Counted from the stretch's first letter, positions 23,509 through 35,708 are shown. The stretch is DNA of 64,000 nucleotides from Oikopleura dioica (GCA_907165135.1 OU015568.1:4154001-4218000); one strand, 5' to 3'. Notes: generated from the letters alone by a model not told the origin. Translations and numbers: made by a program.

Positions 23509-26500
23509 TTAGAAAAATATTTTTATATGAAAACAAAAAATAAAGAAAAAATTATTTATTAAAAATCGTGTCCGTTCAAAAAATGATTGTGCTTTCAAAA
23601 AAAGAAAGAGAATATCCAGTCCTGAATCGTGTCTTTCACAAATTGAGCAGCACTCATCCACGTGATTACAAGAATTTCCAGGGCAGCTCATACCAACCGG
23701 GCAAGCAAAAGAGCAGTCCGAGCTCTTCAAACAGACTTCTTCAATGCAATCCCATCCAGTTCCAAGAAATGAGCAGTCGAAAACACACTCCGAAAGAACT
23801 GTGCATTCAACCGCATCGTCTGTGTTCGAGCAGCCAACGATGCCACCAACGGGGCACATGAGGCCGGGAACGTCTTCGCATTTGAAACCGCTGCAGCCAG
23901 CGTCAACTGCTGGTAATACCGAAGAAAGATCAATTCCACAATCCTCAATATCAAAGCATTGTGCTTTCGGACAAGCAACCCCGCATGGGCAAGTGAAACA
24001 AGAATACGAATCCGCAGCGGAGTTGTAAGTTGCCGGAGTGTTTCCGGGACAAACGCAACTATAAGAAGGCATTCCAAGAAAACTTGGAGCTTTGTTGACG
24101 CATAGAGCAGTGCTATCGCATTTGTGGGTTTCTTCTGTACACTCATTGATGTCAATGCATGTGACGCCGTCGTATGCAAGTCGGTAGCGGACTCCATCAT
24201 ATGCTTCAGGACAACCGCAGCGAAAGTAGGGATATTTGTACTCGTTTTCGCAAATTGATCCGCAGTTGCCAATATCAGAGCAAGCGTCGTAGTCAGGGCA
24301 AACTTCCAAATCATATGTACTTGCATCGTTGTCGGGATCGACCGCATCGCTACCATCTTTGCACTTGCACTCCGAGTTTCCAGGTGTTGTCGCGACACAG
24401 TCATCGAGATTTTTACATGTGGTAATTACATCAGAAATATACACGCACATGACTGTATCCCAATTACTATACGACGCAGCATCATTTTGAAGGTCCATCA
24501 AAGCCCAGTCTCCAGTAGCTGGGTCGATGTAAAAGGCATTTCCATTCGAGAGCTCCTGGAACGCGGCTTGAGCAGCGGTGTTCGATTTTGAGCCCCAGAA
24601 ATTAACGAATCCGTTGTTTGCATTTCCCGGTTTCAACGGCTTGAGAAGACCTGGAGGGAAGAAGATGCCATTTGTCGTCGTTTTGTAAATGGTTTCGAGT
24701 CCAACGATTGCGTAGATTCCAGAAACTGAGCCGGTGTCGATTACTTCGTTAATTCGATCGGACCACCATTGATTTTGTGATTCTATCCACGGGTAGATGA
24801 GCTGCTTTCCGTCGATCGAGCAAGCGGCTTGAGCATCCGCAATGGAGAGAATTTGCCCACTGAGTTTTTTGATCGCTGCCCAATTAAACTGCTTGTATGG
24901 ATGATCATCTGTGGCGAAATCATATGGTCCTGGAAGAATTATTTCTCCGGATAAAACTCGCTCGTATCCAAAATTTGACAAACTCGTGGGTTTCGCATCG
25001 AGAGCACAAATTTCCTTGTCGATCCCGGGTAAGATCTCGCTTCCGACTTTGTAATTTCCGGCGAGGAAGGGGATCATTGCGCATTCTTTCCAGTGAAGAG
25101 AGATTTCCGAAATTTTTATCGCCGTGTTTCCGAAGACCAGTTTGATTTGATTTGTCACTATTGCTGAGTCTTTTGGTCTGAACTCAAACGTGAAGAAGTC
25201 ATCTGTCGGAAGAAGCTCTGAAATCAGTACATCTTCGTATACATTCGTCCACGAGTCGATACTGTTATAATACGCTTTGACTGAGTTGTGAGAAAAGCCC
25301 TTGAAGTCGACATGCTGATTCATCGGGTGTTCAGAGTCGAAATTCGGAAGATAGACAATCTCGTAATTGAATTTGATGACAATTTTTTCGAAAATGACTC
25401 TTCCGAAATCTTCAACCCAGTTTCCATCCTCCACAGTTCCGTCGATGAATCGAAACGTAAGCTCGTATGGTCGGTAGTCTTCTGCACAAGGCTCTTCAAA
25501 AGAAAACCAAGTTGAGTCGTCCCCGTCAAACATGTTTTCAACATCAGAAACATCGTAATCTCCAGTTACTTGAAGCTCGACATCGATGTTTGTTGACGGA
25601 TTCATCAGAAGATCTTGAGACGCGTTGTATCTGAACCAGTCGCTGGCAAGGACAGGAGGAGTGTAAGTTCCAGCAGGATCGACGTGTGGTCCGTTTCCGG
25701 TCCAAATTATGTCTTTGTAGAGATTTACTCGTTCGTATTCGCAGATGTCATCAGGTTCATCAATTTCTCCGATGAATCGAATCGTCGTGCACTGAGTCTC
25801 TGAATATTGACCAGGAAAGACCGATTCGCATTGACCGCACAAGGAATGTTCTGATGTCAATTGTTCTTGAGTTGGAGTCCATTCGCAGATAAAGACGCCA
25901 TTATCTTCGTCAGTGCAGGTCATTCCACTTGGAATCGGTGAAAAAGTTGCGCCACTTAGACGAGCATATTGCCGACCGTCGTAAGTGGTGACGCCTCGCC
26001 AAGGTATTTTAACTGGCGGCACTTTGACTGCATCTTGATCAGTGTTCAACTCGACTTCTACGATGCTGCCGCTCTCTGGCGACGGAAATATCCATTCAGC
26101 ACCACCAAGGCATTTCGCACCTAACGCTGAGCAACCTTCATTCGGTTTGACCATGTAGTAAAATGTTCCAGAAACCGCGCTTCCGTAGGGAATAATTTCA
26201 CAGACTTTCGAATCAAAATCGTAGAGCACATGACCTTCTGTCTTCGAATTACTCACAGAAGCGCAAGGATTCAGTGGAAACTTTCCCTTTGTTTTCAAGA
26301 TATTTCCGTTCGATGATACAATTTCACCTTTCGAAGTCCCTCTGTTATTCAGAAGTACTTTCTTGCCAGTCCCGTCATATGCATCAAGAAATTCTTTATC
26401 TTCTTTTGAGGTTACTTCAAAGAGAGTTTTTCCCGCTTCAATCGATGTTTTGATGAGATCAATTGAGCTTGTAGAGGCCAGCGCGGCGTCACAATCAGCG

Positions 26501-29500
26501 ACAGTGGATGCTGAGCCAGGAAGACATTTTAAATCACCAGTGAATGTTGGTTTTGAGCAGATGAATTTTTTCATTACTGATGAGCAGTCATTGTCGTAGT
26601 TACAACTATCGGCCTGTCCTGAAGGTGGACTATTTTCGTAGGAAATTGAAACGCATCGTTGATTATTTATATCTGTGGTTGGAACAGTCGCTGGACCATT
26701 TACGGACGAATCACAGTGACCATCTAAGACAGCAAAATCAGTGATTGGGTCTGTTGCATAGGGGTCAAAAAATGTTGGTGATGTTCCGTCTCCATACACC
26801 TTTTGACGCACCCAAAGATCTTCTCCAAAGCTTTCGAAAATCATCAACTCATCGAGTGTACTTGGGCCGGCGAGCTCCATATCAGCATTTTGACAATCAG
26901 CCGCTGCGACATCATATGTGGCCGCGTACGTCGAAATGACACATGGCGAAGGAAGAAGACTGGGGCAGTCCAGCAGTGGATGATCACAGATGAACTTTTT
27001 GTTTAGCGACTCGTGCTGATCTGGTTTACAAACAAAATTAGTTCCATCTCCTTGAAAAGAGACGTAGACCTTTTCCGGATTGTCAGATTCAGCTGGAATA
27101 CCATTACCAATGTCGATACAGTTTAAATCAGGCGAGACGTCTTCGGGGGACTCATAGCCTTGGATCGTTGTTGGGCCCTTGGCAATGGCGCTAATCCAAA
27201 TTTCGTCGGTGAATTTTTTAGCGAAATCAATTTCTTCAGTTGTTCGTGGCAGGAAAAGTGAACCGCCGTTGTTTTTACAATGTAGATAGGCTTCATTAAG
27301 ACCCATCGATGCTGTCGATGGAGCACAAAGCCCGTCAAAATTCGGCTCAGCGAGGAGTGAATCGTCTGGTGCGCCTTCTCCGATTTCCGCAACAAGCAGG
27401 ACCGGCATTGAAGATTTGATTTGTGTCGGCACGCCTGGAGTCTGCCACCAGTTCATGAGTTGAGTATAATCAAGGCCTGCGGGGAAATCTTCAACTTGAA
27501 TAGCAATTGGTTTTTGCTTTTTGCCTCTTGGTTTAGTCATATCATCCTCGACATCAAGATCCGGATCGTATTTCAAAACACACGGCCCTTTTGTATAATC
27601 AAAGGTAAACCTGTTGACTCTGTTGTCATCTGCTTCGAAAACAAACGCTTCACGAGCATAGCCACCGGCTTCTTCAAGTGTTGAAAACCGGCAACCAATT
27701 CCATCACCGTCACCATCGGTTGGTTGTAGATCGAAGTAGCTTGGCCCACAACCACCTTTTATGTTCCAGTTGCAGGGAGCGTTGAAAGTTGGCGGGTTGT
27801 TGTCGATCTCGATGATGTGCGCTGAGTATTGCCAGGCAAGATTGTCCCAAGCACCTTGGTTGCCAATTTGATCCATTTTGACGCTTGTATGACCATGTGT
27901 ACAATGACCGGTGGTGTAGGTGAAACTTTTTGAGTTCTTGCCCCAGCCGAGATTCGGTGAACAAAGATATTTGTACGATTCTGAACCGGTCGTCGAATAT
28001 TGACAGCTTGGATTTTGAGATCCATCAACGTAAAAGTAGAAATCAGTGGAAATGGGCGGATGACTGTCCATGCATCTGCTGATGAAGACAGCATTAGATG
28101 AGTCGTAAGTAGCTCCCGTACTTTGTCGAATCCAAATTGGCTCTTCAAATTGCTCGAGATAATTGAAATCCGATTCTGTCAGTGGTTCGAAAATGTCACC
28201 GTGCTCACATCCAGCAGTTGCCGTTGTTCTGTCAACACCAGCAGCAGGTAGATCCCAAACGTCCGTGAAGATATTTCGATCCATTGGGAACTCATAACTT
28301 CCTGCTCCGAAATCTCTATGTACTGGATGTTTACCAAGGCTCATTTCCATGGCCCTAAAAAGCAGTGGCTCAACATGTCCCGGTGGATTTTTGAGCTCTT
28401 GAGTAGTACTACCGGCGTCACAATCTGATGGTCTGTATCCCCTTTTTTGTTCGTTTTTGTAAGCGTCCATCGTATTGAACCCCCAAAGCGGCATAAAATA
28501 CTCTCCAGCGCCTTGTGGCCAAACAAGTTCCCCAGTAGCAAATGTTGGTAGCAGTCTCTGAGCTGAGTTTTCTTTTAACCAAACGGTTTCGCCGCCTATG
28601 ACGCATGTATCGCCTTTTTCTTTTGGATTAAATGCTTTTGATAGTTTGTTAACGCAGAGACTTCTTGTTAGAAGAAATTCCGGTGCAGCAGCGAAATCAG
28701 CGATTCCAGGTTTCTTTTTAAATTGAAGACTCACACTTCTAAAAAACTTCATATTCGAGCCTGGGGTAGGTTTGAGGTCCCCATTGCATTCTCGTTTTTC
28801 CATTCTTTGCGGAGCGGTGTACCGTGCGAAAATATTCCGGGCAAAGGTCGTATTAGTTCCAGCGACTTTATACTGCGTTACTGCACTGAAATCAGGAGCA
28901 GGTTTCGAAGCAATTACATCATTTATCGGCCCATCGGTTGACACAGTGCCGAGATTGTTAACAGCGCAGGTTGTTCGGGTGTTATCATCGTCTGCGCAGA
29001 TGAAGTGGTGTTCTTCGGAGCAATCGACGTTTTCGCTACAACCACCGTCTTCTCGGATGACGATGCAAGAATTTGGAGTCATTGTGAACCAATCATCAAT
29101 GGCCGTCGTAGAACACTTGGCTCCACTTTCGAAATCAGCTGTTACCGCTCCATTTGGATCAACGGCGGAGTCATAAACGTACCCGCTACCGTCGCCGTTC
29201 GCTCTGACTCCGAGGTAATATTCGCTCGAAATTGACCCCATAAAGGCGATATCATCGGCTGTTCTAGGCATGAAGAGTCGGAGACCAAATTGATTGCAAT
29301 GGGATTGAGCATCTGCGTAATTTTTCTTGATTGGACAGACAGTGAAAGTTTCCTCTCCAATTACCTCGTCGGTACAATTAATAGAGTCTGCTTGCAAAGA
29401 GAGCTCACAGTGAAAAGCTGGCTCGTCTGTTGGTGTAGTCGTCACTGAAGTGTCACAGCAACCCGATCCGTCCGTGTAGCATGTTGCACTTTGACAGACA

Positions 29501-29916
29501 TAGCCATAACTGCTACTTGACGAGAGAGCGCATGTTGTTTTCGATACAACAATAGATTTTTCAGATGCGCCAGTTCCTAGGCTTTGGCATTGTGCAAATT
29601 TAGTATCAAGAGCCCAAGTAGACGTGACAAGGGGATGAGTCGCGCCAAAAGTATTCAGGGAGGCTGTTGATTTAACTTGCAAATCTGATCCTTTCAAATA
29701 TACATCCGTATGGATCTCTTGCCCCGAAACTTCTACCCAATCGAAATCGGTCTCTTGCGCTGGAGTCCAAAGTACTCCCCCTAGAGTGTCAGTACAGTAG
29801 GTAAGCGCACTATCAAAAGTAGCAGCTGCTTGCAATTTACAAAAATTTTCATTGCACTTTATCGAATGCGGTAGTAAAAGTAGTATTGAGGATATTATTT
29901 TTATTTTCTCTCTCAT
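23509..29916 (-). CDS. Giant secreted or cell-surface mosaic protein (several C-type-lectin-like domains, two beta-sandwich-type modules, a discoidin-like domain, EGF/cbEGF and Cys-rich repeats); true 3' end spliced, downstream of about 23615
   Basis: 2135-aa ORF with signal-like MREKIKIISSILLLLPHSIKC. CTL-like starts: TFDSALTYC, NYADAQSHC, LNEAYLHC, TYDVAAADC, SIADAQAAC. ENMFDGDDSTWF is F5/8C-like and IDINECTEETHKCDSTALCVN is cbEGF. The last ~25 aa of the ORF read into AT-rich intron-like DNA. Confidence 0.9.
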   Translation of the reverse strand: MREKIKIISSILLLLPHSIKCNENFCKLQAAATFDSALTYCTDTLGGVLWTPAQETDFDWVEVSGQEIHTDVYLKGSDLQVKSTASLNTFGATHPLVTSTWALDTKFAQCQSLGTGASEKSIVVSKTTCALSSSSSYGYVCQSATCYTDGSGCCDTSVTTTPTDEPAFHCELSLQADSINCTDEVIGEETFTVCPIKKNYADAQSHCNQFGLRLFMPRTADDIAFMGSISSEYYLGVRANGDGSGYVYDSAVDPNGAVTADFESGAKCSTTAIDDWFTMTPNSCIVIREDGGCSENVDCSEEHHFICADDDNTRTTCAVNNLGTVSTDGPINDVIASKPAPDFSAVTQYKVAGTNTTFARNIFARYTAPQRMEKRECNGDLKPTPGSNMKFFRSVSLQFKKKPGIADFAAAPEFLLTRSLCVNKLSKAFNPKEKGDTCVIGGETVWLKENSAQRLLPTFATGELVWPQGAGEYFMPLWGFNTMDAYKNEQKRGYRPSDCDAGSTTQELKNPPGHVEPLLFRAMEMSLGKHPVHRDFGAGSYEFPMDRNIFTDVWDLPAAGVDRTTATAGCEHGDIFEPLTESDFNYLEQFEEPIWIRQSTGATYDSSNAVFISRCMDSHPPISTDFYFYVDGSQNPSCQYSTTGSESYKYLCSPNLGWGKNSKSFTYTTGHCTHGHTSVKMDQIGNQGAWDNLAWQYSAHIIEIDNNPPTFNAPCNWNIKGGCGPSYFDLQPTDGDGDGIGCRFSTLEEAGGYAREAFVFEADDNRVNRFTFDYTKGPCVLKYDPDLDVEDDMTKPRGKKQKPIAIQVEDFPAGLDYTQLMNWWQTPGVPTQIKSSMPVLLVAEIGEGAPDDSLLAEPNFDGLCAPSTASMGLNEAYLHCKNNGGSLFLPRTTEEIDFAKKFTDEIWISAIAKGPTTIQGYESPEDVSPDLNCIDIGNGIPAESDNPEKVYVSFQGDGTNFVCKPDQHESLNKKFICDHPLLDCPSLLPSPCVISTYAATYDVAAADCQNADMELAGPSTLDELMIFESFGEDLWVRQKVYGDGTSPTFFDPYATDPITDFAVLDGHCDSSVNGPATVPTTDINNQRCVSISYENSPPSGQADSCNYDNDCSSVMKKFICSKPTFTGDLKCLPGSASTVADCDAALASTSSIDLIKTSIEAGKTLFEVTSKEDKEFLDAYDGTGKKVLLNNRGTSKGEIVSSNGNILKTKGKFPLNPCASVSNSKTEGHVLYDFDSKVCEIIPYGSAVSGTFYYMVKPNEGCSALGAKCLGGAEWIFPSPESGSIVEVELNTDQDAVKVPPVKIPWRGVTTYDGRQYARLSGATFSPIPSGMTCTDEDNGVFICEWTPTQEQLTSEHSLCGQCESVFPGQYSETQCTTIRFIGEIDEPDDICEYERVNLYKDIIWTGNGPHVDPAGTYTPPVLASDWFRYNASQDLLMNPSTNIDVELQVTGDYDVSDVENMFDGDDSTWFSFEEPCAEDYRPYELTFRFIDGTVEDGNWVEDFGRVIFEKIVIKFNYEIVYLPNFDSEHPMNQHVDFKGFSHNSVKAYYNSIDSWTNVYEDVLISELLPTDDFFTFEFRPKDSAIVTNQIKLVFGNTAIKISEISLHWKECAMIPFLAGNYKVGSEILPGIDKEICALDAKPTSLSNFGYERVLSGEIILPGPYDFATDDHPYKQFNWAAIKKLSGQILSIADAQAACSIDGKQLIYPWIESQNQWWSDRINEVIDTGSVSGIYAIVGLETIYKTTTNGIFFPPGLLKPLKPGNANNGFVNFWGSKSNTAAQAAFQELSNGNAFYIDPATGDWALMDLQNDAASYSNWDTVMCVYISDVITTCKNLDDCVATTPGNSECKCKDGSDAVDPDNDASTYDLEVCPDYDACSDIGNCGSICENEYKYPYFRCGCPEAYDGVRYRLAYDGVTCIDINECTEETHKCDSTALCVNKAPSFLGMPSYSCVCPGNTPATYNSAADSYSCFTCPCGVACPKAQCFDIEDCGIDLSSVLPAVDAGCSGFKCEDVPGLMCPVGGIVGCSNTDDAVECTVLSECVFDCSFLGTGWDCIEEVCLKSSDCSFACPVGMSCPGNSCNHVDECCSICERHDSGLDILFLFLKAQSFFERTRFLINNFFFIFCFHIKIFF

Positions 29917-30259
29917 CTCTCAAGGAAATATGAAAATAATTAGGTGCGAGGTCCGTATTTATGAGCAGTCAAATCGAGAATCGGGGTTCCGCTAAGATAA
30001 GAGCGCTCGTCAATGATGTTCAAGATAAAAATGGAGGCTGTTTGGAACAAACGTAAACAAAAACAACAACGTTATCAGAGCTCGAGCTCTACACGATTCT
30101 ATCGGATCTTTTTCCGTACAAATCCAATAACGAGAATTGATAAATTCAGCAGAATCAAATTATCTAGCAACTTGATTGGAACACCGTGACGTTGACTTAT
30201 TCTCAATACAAGATATTCCCCTGCAAAACATTTATTTGACCAAAAACATTTCAGGAAAA

Positions 30260-30776
30260 TCAGTCAATTTGTGGCTCGGGAGAAGCGCTTCGAGAGATTT
30301 CTTCGGTGATTTCAGGATTTTCGGTGATTTCAGATTCGTCTTCGGTTTCTGATTCATCTTCGATTTTTTCACTTTCTTCAAAAATGAATGTATCAAAATC
30401 AACAAGTTTCATTTACCTTTCATCTCATCTTTGATAGTAAATCGGACTTCAAGCTCGACTTGTTTTCCATCAATCGATCGAGCTAGAGCAAAGTGCTTGT
30501 CAATCGGCTGGAGGACCTTTTCAGCGATCTCGTATTTCTCCACGTAGTCTCGGAGGTACTGAGCGATGATTGTCAGGAAGGCAACAGCTTGAAGGAAGAG
30601 GGCATTGAGTTGTTCTTTGCGCAACTTTTAAATGTTCTAGGCAAAAATTGACAGAAACAGCATTTATTTTTTTTTTTCGTAAAAGAAAATTATCTCTAGA
30701 ACGATTCCTGAAGATTCTTCAAATCGGCAACTTTTCCCTGAGAATAGCTCAATACGTTTTCAACAACTTGAATCAT
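30260..30776 (-). CDS. Small hypothetical protein with an acidic C-terminus, 3 exons
   Basis: MIQVVENVLSYSQGKVADLKNLQ|(GA-AG intron)|LRKEQLNALFLQAVAFL...DEMK|(GT-AG)|ESEKIEDESETEDESEITE...EPQID*. Confidence 0.5.
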
Positions 30777-31882
30777 GATGATTTCAAAAAGTGATTTTTC
30801 AAATACCGCTGTTTTGCGAATTTTCTCAATTATAAGCATTCCGTTGCATAATTATCAACGTCAAACATGACGAAAGCGTGAGTCCTCCGGATCAAAGTTC
30901 GTGAGATTTTACTGTTTTCTGGTCAAAAATCACGAATGCACGCATTCTGTGCAAATAAAAAATGAAATGCGATGTTTTCATTTCGAAAAAAAAACTGGGT
31001 CGGATGAGCTTTGACGAGTTCAGTTATTCAAGTTCAATTTTTCACGAATTTTTCGAGCAAAATTATTGCATAATTTCAATCTGTGTTCAATTAGGCTTTC
31101 GTTTTCTCCTCAGAAATTGTGAAATATTCAACGTCACGGTGTTCCAATCAAGTTGTCAGAGAATATCTTTCAGCTAATCATGATAAATATATGTTATTGG
31201 ATTTGTGCGAATGGAGATCCGGAGCATCGCGGAGAGTCGGAGTTCTGATAACACGTTTATTGTTTTTGTTTACGCTTGTTCCAGACAGGCTTTCTTGGTT
31301 CCTCAATTTTATTCCGATTAACTCTTTTCGCTATCTTAAAAAAAATTGAGAAACCTGCGCTACAATCGGGCCCCTTAACCCATTAACGGGCGCGTGGCCG
31401 TCTACCGGCCAGGCGTGAAAATGAGTAGCCAATCGCATGCCCGGATCCATGATTTCACTCAATCACAGACAGGCAAAAGTGTAGGCGAAATTAACTAGCT
31501 TTTTGACGGGTTCACCGATATAAGAGTTCAAATAATTTTCTCCTACCTATAGAAGACCAAACATGTATAAAATGATTTATATCTCCATATGCTTCCACGG
31601 CTGATCGCACCCCGTCACGAATATTTTCCACTTCAACGGCTCATAATTACCCTTCCACTTCCCATATAACTAAGCCTCCTTTCTGGAATCGTCAGTTCCA
31701 AATTTTCTCAAAATTTGCAACTCACCTTTTTTCATAAATTTTGGCTTCATATTTTTTCAAAATAAAAAATCGGTTGCTTCTTTTCGTCTCTTTTCAGGAC
31801 GAAAATAACTAGCTTGTTTTTTTATTTTCAATTTTTTCGATATTTTAGTATTTTTGAACAAACCACGTGAGCTTTATTTTAG

Positions 31883-33243
31883 AAGCGAGAGATGAGAATG
31901 TTTGCGAGAACATTTTTCAAAATCCAGAATTCTTGCCTGTTTTGCAAAATGGAGGTGGCTACTGGCAGGTTTGGCTGACGGATCAATGGGTCAACATCAG
32001 CATGGATCAACCATTTGACAGTAAGTTTCTTTATTGCCCTGAGTAAAGCCATGAGTAAAAACCTGAGTAAAAACCTGTGTAAGAACCTTAGTAAAAACCT
32101 GAGTAAAAACCTGAATAAAAACCTGAAGAACAGGTTTTAAAAGAGAAGCGACTCTGTCTGTAGAAAAAGGAGCTTCAAAGCTTTTCAGAGCCTGAGTCAG
32201 GTTTTTGCCCAGTTTTCTGAGACCAGCTTCGAAGGTCTTAACCTTTTTGTTCAGGAAGATGGACGAACAAAGACAATCAAATTTTCGACAACACTTTGAT
32301 CCGCAAAGTATGCGATTGCTCCTTCAACACTTCTTTTGGCTTTTTATACAACGAGAAGAAGTTCAAATGGGCCAAGGTTTCGAAGCTTGCTCAGATGGGA
32401 CTTTCGATGAAATCCGAGGTAAGAAACCCCTTCGCTTTCTGGCCCTTTCATTTTTTAGAGTGAAACGGCAATCTATCTCCGCTGCAAGCACGGTGGAAGT
32501 AAAAAGGGCCCCGTTCCGATGCGAGTTTGCAAGGACGCGCGAAAAATCACAAGGGTAAATAAAAAGGAGACATTGCAGATATCCAGCCCAAATCCAAGCG
32601 ACGCAGAATTCTGCACGAAAGAAGAGAAACTGCTTGATCTGGCGAAAATCATGAAGCCGCTCAAGAGTCCCAAAATGGTAAGATGTCAGGAGAAATGCTT
32701 TAATAACGAGTTTGTAAAGGGTGTTTTGAAAAAAGCGACAAACGAGCACGCTAAAATCAAGAAACTGTTGATCGGCCCGAAGAAGAAAAAATACTCCGTG
32801 AACGATTGCATGGGCGAAATGAAGCATACTGACTCCAACGAGACCCACCCAGTGTATTTGCTCGATAATACGGACCCGATGAGCTGGAATGACAAGATTT
32901 TGAAGAAGAAATCTTTGCTCGCCAAATGCAAAGTGCCGAAAAAGAGCCTCAGACCGTTAGTGATTTTTAGCAAAATATCATTTTAAATATTTCAAGTGAA
33001 TGGTGCTACGACAAGAATTATCCGATCGATGGTCATTTGGCCAAATGCTCCCTAACTGTTGATGATAAGATCCATCTTATCACAAAAGGAAAGGATCGAC
33101 ATTCGAACCCCTCGGCTAGGACAAAGGATTTTGGGTTAAAGAGGGTGGACTGTCGATCCTATTCAGGCGCGGTGAAGAAGACGCTTCGATTTTTGAACAG
33201 AATGCACAATCATTTCGCAAAAAATCCCTTTTACTGCTTCTAA
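31883..33243 (+). CDS. Hypothetical Lys/Cys-rich protein, multi-exon; first exon not found
   Basis: GT-AG-joined exons: ARDENVCENIF...YWQVWLTDQW|RWTNKDNQIFDNTLIRKVCDCSF|SETAIYLRCKHGG...|EWCYDKNYPIDGHLAKCSL...NPFYCF*. Confidence 0.6.
32038..32128 (+). repeat. Intronic 12-bp tandem repeat, ~7 copies
   Basis: (aaaaacctgagt)n. Confidence 0.85.
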
Positions 33244-33879
33244 AGCCCGTCTTATTCGATAAATAAATTTTAATGTTACTCGTCAAAAATTATTTCTTCA
33301 TGATTTTATTTTTGTTTATTTCAGTATTTCATCGATGTCAAACAACAAGAGATTTTACTTTTATTTTTTTTCGTGTGTTTAACTTGTTCAAATATATAAC
33401 ATAAGCAAAATATAATGCCATTTTTCCTGTCTTTTCGGCGACTTCAAGATCTACTCATGTAAAGAATTGTTTTTCGAGAGAAAACCCGTGAAAATAAAAT
33501 AACTTTTGGCACAAAGATTAAATTAATTTGCTTTTTTATGGGCTCATCTGAAAGAGCATCAAAAACTGGTCTAGAAACTACTTTTCTTGTGCGAATTCAA
33601 TAGAATTTTTTAAATACAAATTTCAATAAAATATATTTTTATTTAAAGCTGTATTTATTTTATGCTATCGCGAGAAATTAAGGGCTAAAACAAACAGTTC
33701 ACTAAGTTTCAAAAGGAATAAATTCATACTGGTGCCTTTTCTCCTAGCGGCGGTGTAGGCCACCCACTCCCTCCGAAGTTCGGAGTCCGAACAGAAATAA
33801 AAATAGAGCGCCAAATTAGCTGAGCCAGCGCTAATTTTCATTCACTAAAATCTGAAACAAGACAAAGAGAAAACTCAAA

Positions 33880-35058
33880 ATGGGAAAAGAAGGGCTTCAA
33901 GTAATCAATGCGGGCTTTTCAAAAACTGGGACGAAGACTATGAATGTCATTCTTACTGTAAGTACCGTTAAGTTACTAGGTTTCCTTATAATAAAGCTAA
34001 GGAACTCGGTTATAAAGTCTGCGACGCTCCTGAAGCTGTGTACCGTCACTGGCAAGATTGGGAGAAAATCGCCAATGGCGAAAAACCAAACGAGGTTATC
34101 CAAAAACTCTTTGGCCCTGGAAATCCGGACGAATACACGGCTTGTGTTGATCTTCCCCACAATGCTTACTGGGAACTCATTTTGAAGCAATTCCCAGATG
34201 CTAAAGGTAATCGAGAAAAAATGCACTTGAAGGAAATTTTATTCTTAGTGATTCTTGTTCTTCGGGATGAAGATAAATGGGCGACATCAGTAGCCAAACA
34301 TCTTCAGGTAAAATAAAATCACAGCAAAAGCTCTTCATCTTTGATCATTTAGGTGGAACGGGATACCTTCCGAGAAATGGGCTGGTGGCGACTCAACAAT
34401 GGAATCTACCGCTGGGTCTTCAACCATGCTGCTCAGGCGATGGGTCTTTACATGGACTGGATTCGCCCACTTCTTCTTGGCCCAGAGTCTCGCAACTTTC
34501 ACGGAGATAACATGGACGTCCTCCGCCTCAAATACAGGTAAGTCTTAATTTCATAGCGGCCGGTCATATTTGTGGTCGATCGATCAAAATTATCATGTCA
34601 CTTTTTCTTCCGAACCAAAAGTAGCTCCAAGGCAGAATTTTTACTATGCTCTAGAATGCACAACCAGTATGTGATGAACAACTGCCCCAAGGATAAGCTA
34701 CTTGTTTGGAGGATTGAAGAAGGCTGGGAGCCGATCTGCAAGTTCTTGGGTAAACCAGTTCCTGATGGACCTCTGCCTCACAAAAACCGACTTGGAGGGG
34801 TTATTCAGGAGCTGGCGGAATCCGTCGACTACCAGGTTTACTCATTTCTAAGAGGAAAACCATAAAACTTTTTCTAAGGCGATGGTTCGTAAGCAAACAA
34901 TTTCACTGGTTCTCCGAATGGGAATCATCGCTGGCGTCTCCTACGGCTGGTACAAGGGACTCATTCAGCCACATCTTCAAGTAGAAGAATCAGCGCCAAT
35001 CAACTGGAAAATGATCGGTGCTGCGATCGCATTTTTGTTCACTATGAGAAACCTCTAG
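33880..35058 (+). CDS. Sulfotransferase family protein (Sulfotransfer_4-type P-loop), copy 1, 6 exons
   Basis: VINAGFSKTGTKTM (5'-PSB-like loop), DLPHNAYW, VILVLRDEDKWATS, HNQYVMNNCPKDKLLVWRIEEGWEPICKFLGKPVPDGPLPHKN, and a hydrophobic C-terminal tail. Confidence 0.88.
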
Positions 35059-35708
35059 AAAATCAATTGAATATTTCCAATAATGGTACTTGCAATAGAA
35101 AAAATAAAAAAAAAACGAATTCTGCGAATCTTTTTCATTGTAATGTTCAAAATGAGAACGTTTATCTACAACCCTAGCGGCGATATGGACCACCCACCTC
35201 CTCTTTTTAACTTCTCAATGCACGTGGTCCAATCATTGGACCACGGCGACTTTGAACCCGTGTAATTCCCGTTGTTGTTATCTGTTTGACCTGAATTTTG
35301 TAATGTGAGCTGACAAGACAAAAACGAACCACTCTGTGAAGTTTCGAATGAAAACTTAAAAGTGGTGGCGTTTTGCGCCAGATTTCTCTTTCGTTCTCTG
35401 GTGAAAAATCGGAACGGATTTTTCGATTTACAATTGTTTATTTTTATAGAAGAGGGTTCAAGCTTTCCAGCAATATATTCACGAGCTTTTTTACCCGACG
35501 GAAACGTCAATTAGAGCCAAAAGTCCTGAGCGCTGTTTTTCACACTCTGAATTTGGCGCGCCGCGCGGGGCTGGATAATGCATTGTGGTCCAATAATTGG
35601 ACCCCGTGTTTTGAGCGCTTAGTCGCGCGCCCGTGTATTGAGAAGTTAATCGTTTTTCCGAAGTTTATAGACTGAGATAAAGAAACTGGCTCGAAAGAGA
35701 AATTGATA

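Noticed and set aside
23568-29360. Many short ORFs overlapping the giant gene
   Set aside because: They are alternative-frame or antisense by-products with no domain signal.
20460-30776. SL-trans-spliced operon of co-oriented minus-strand genes
   Set aside because: The spacers are hundreds of bp, longer than typical O. dioica intercistronic gaps, and there is no transcript evidence.
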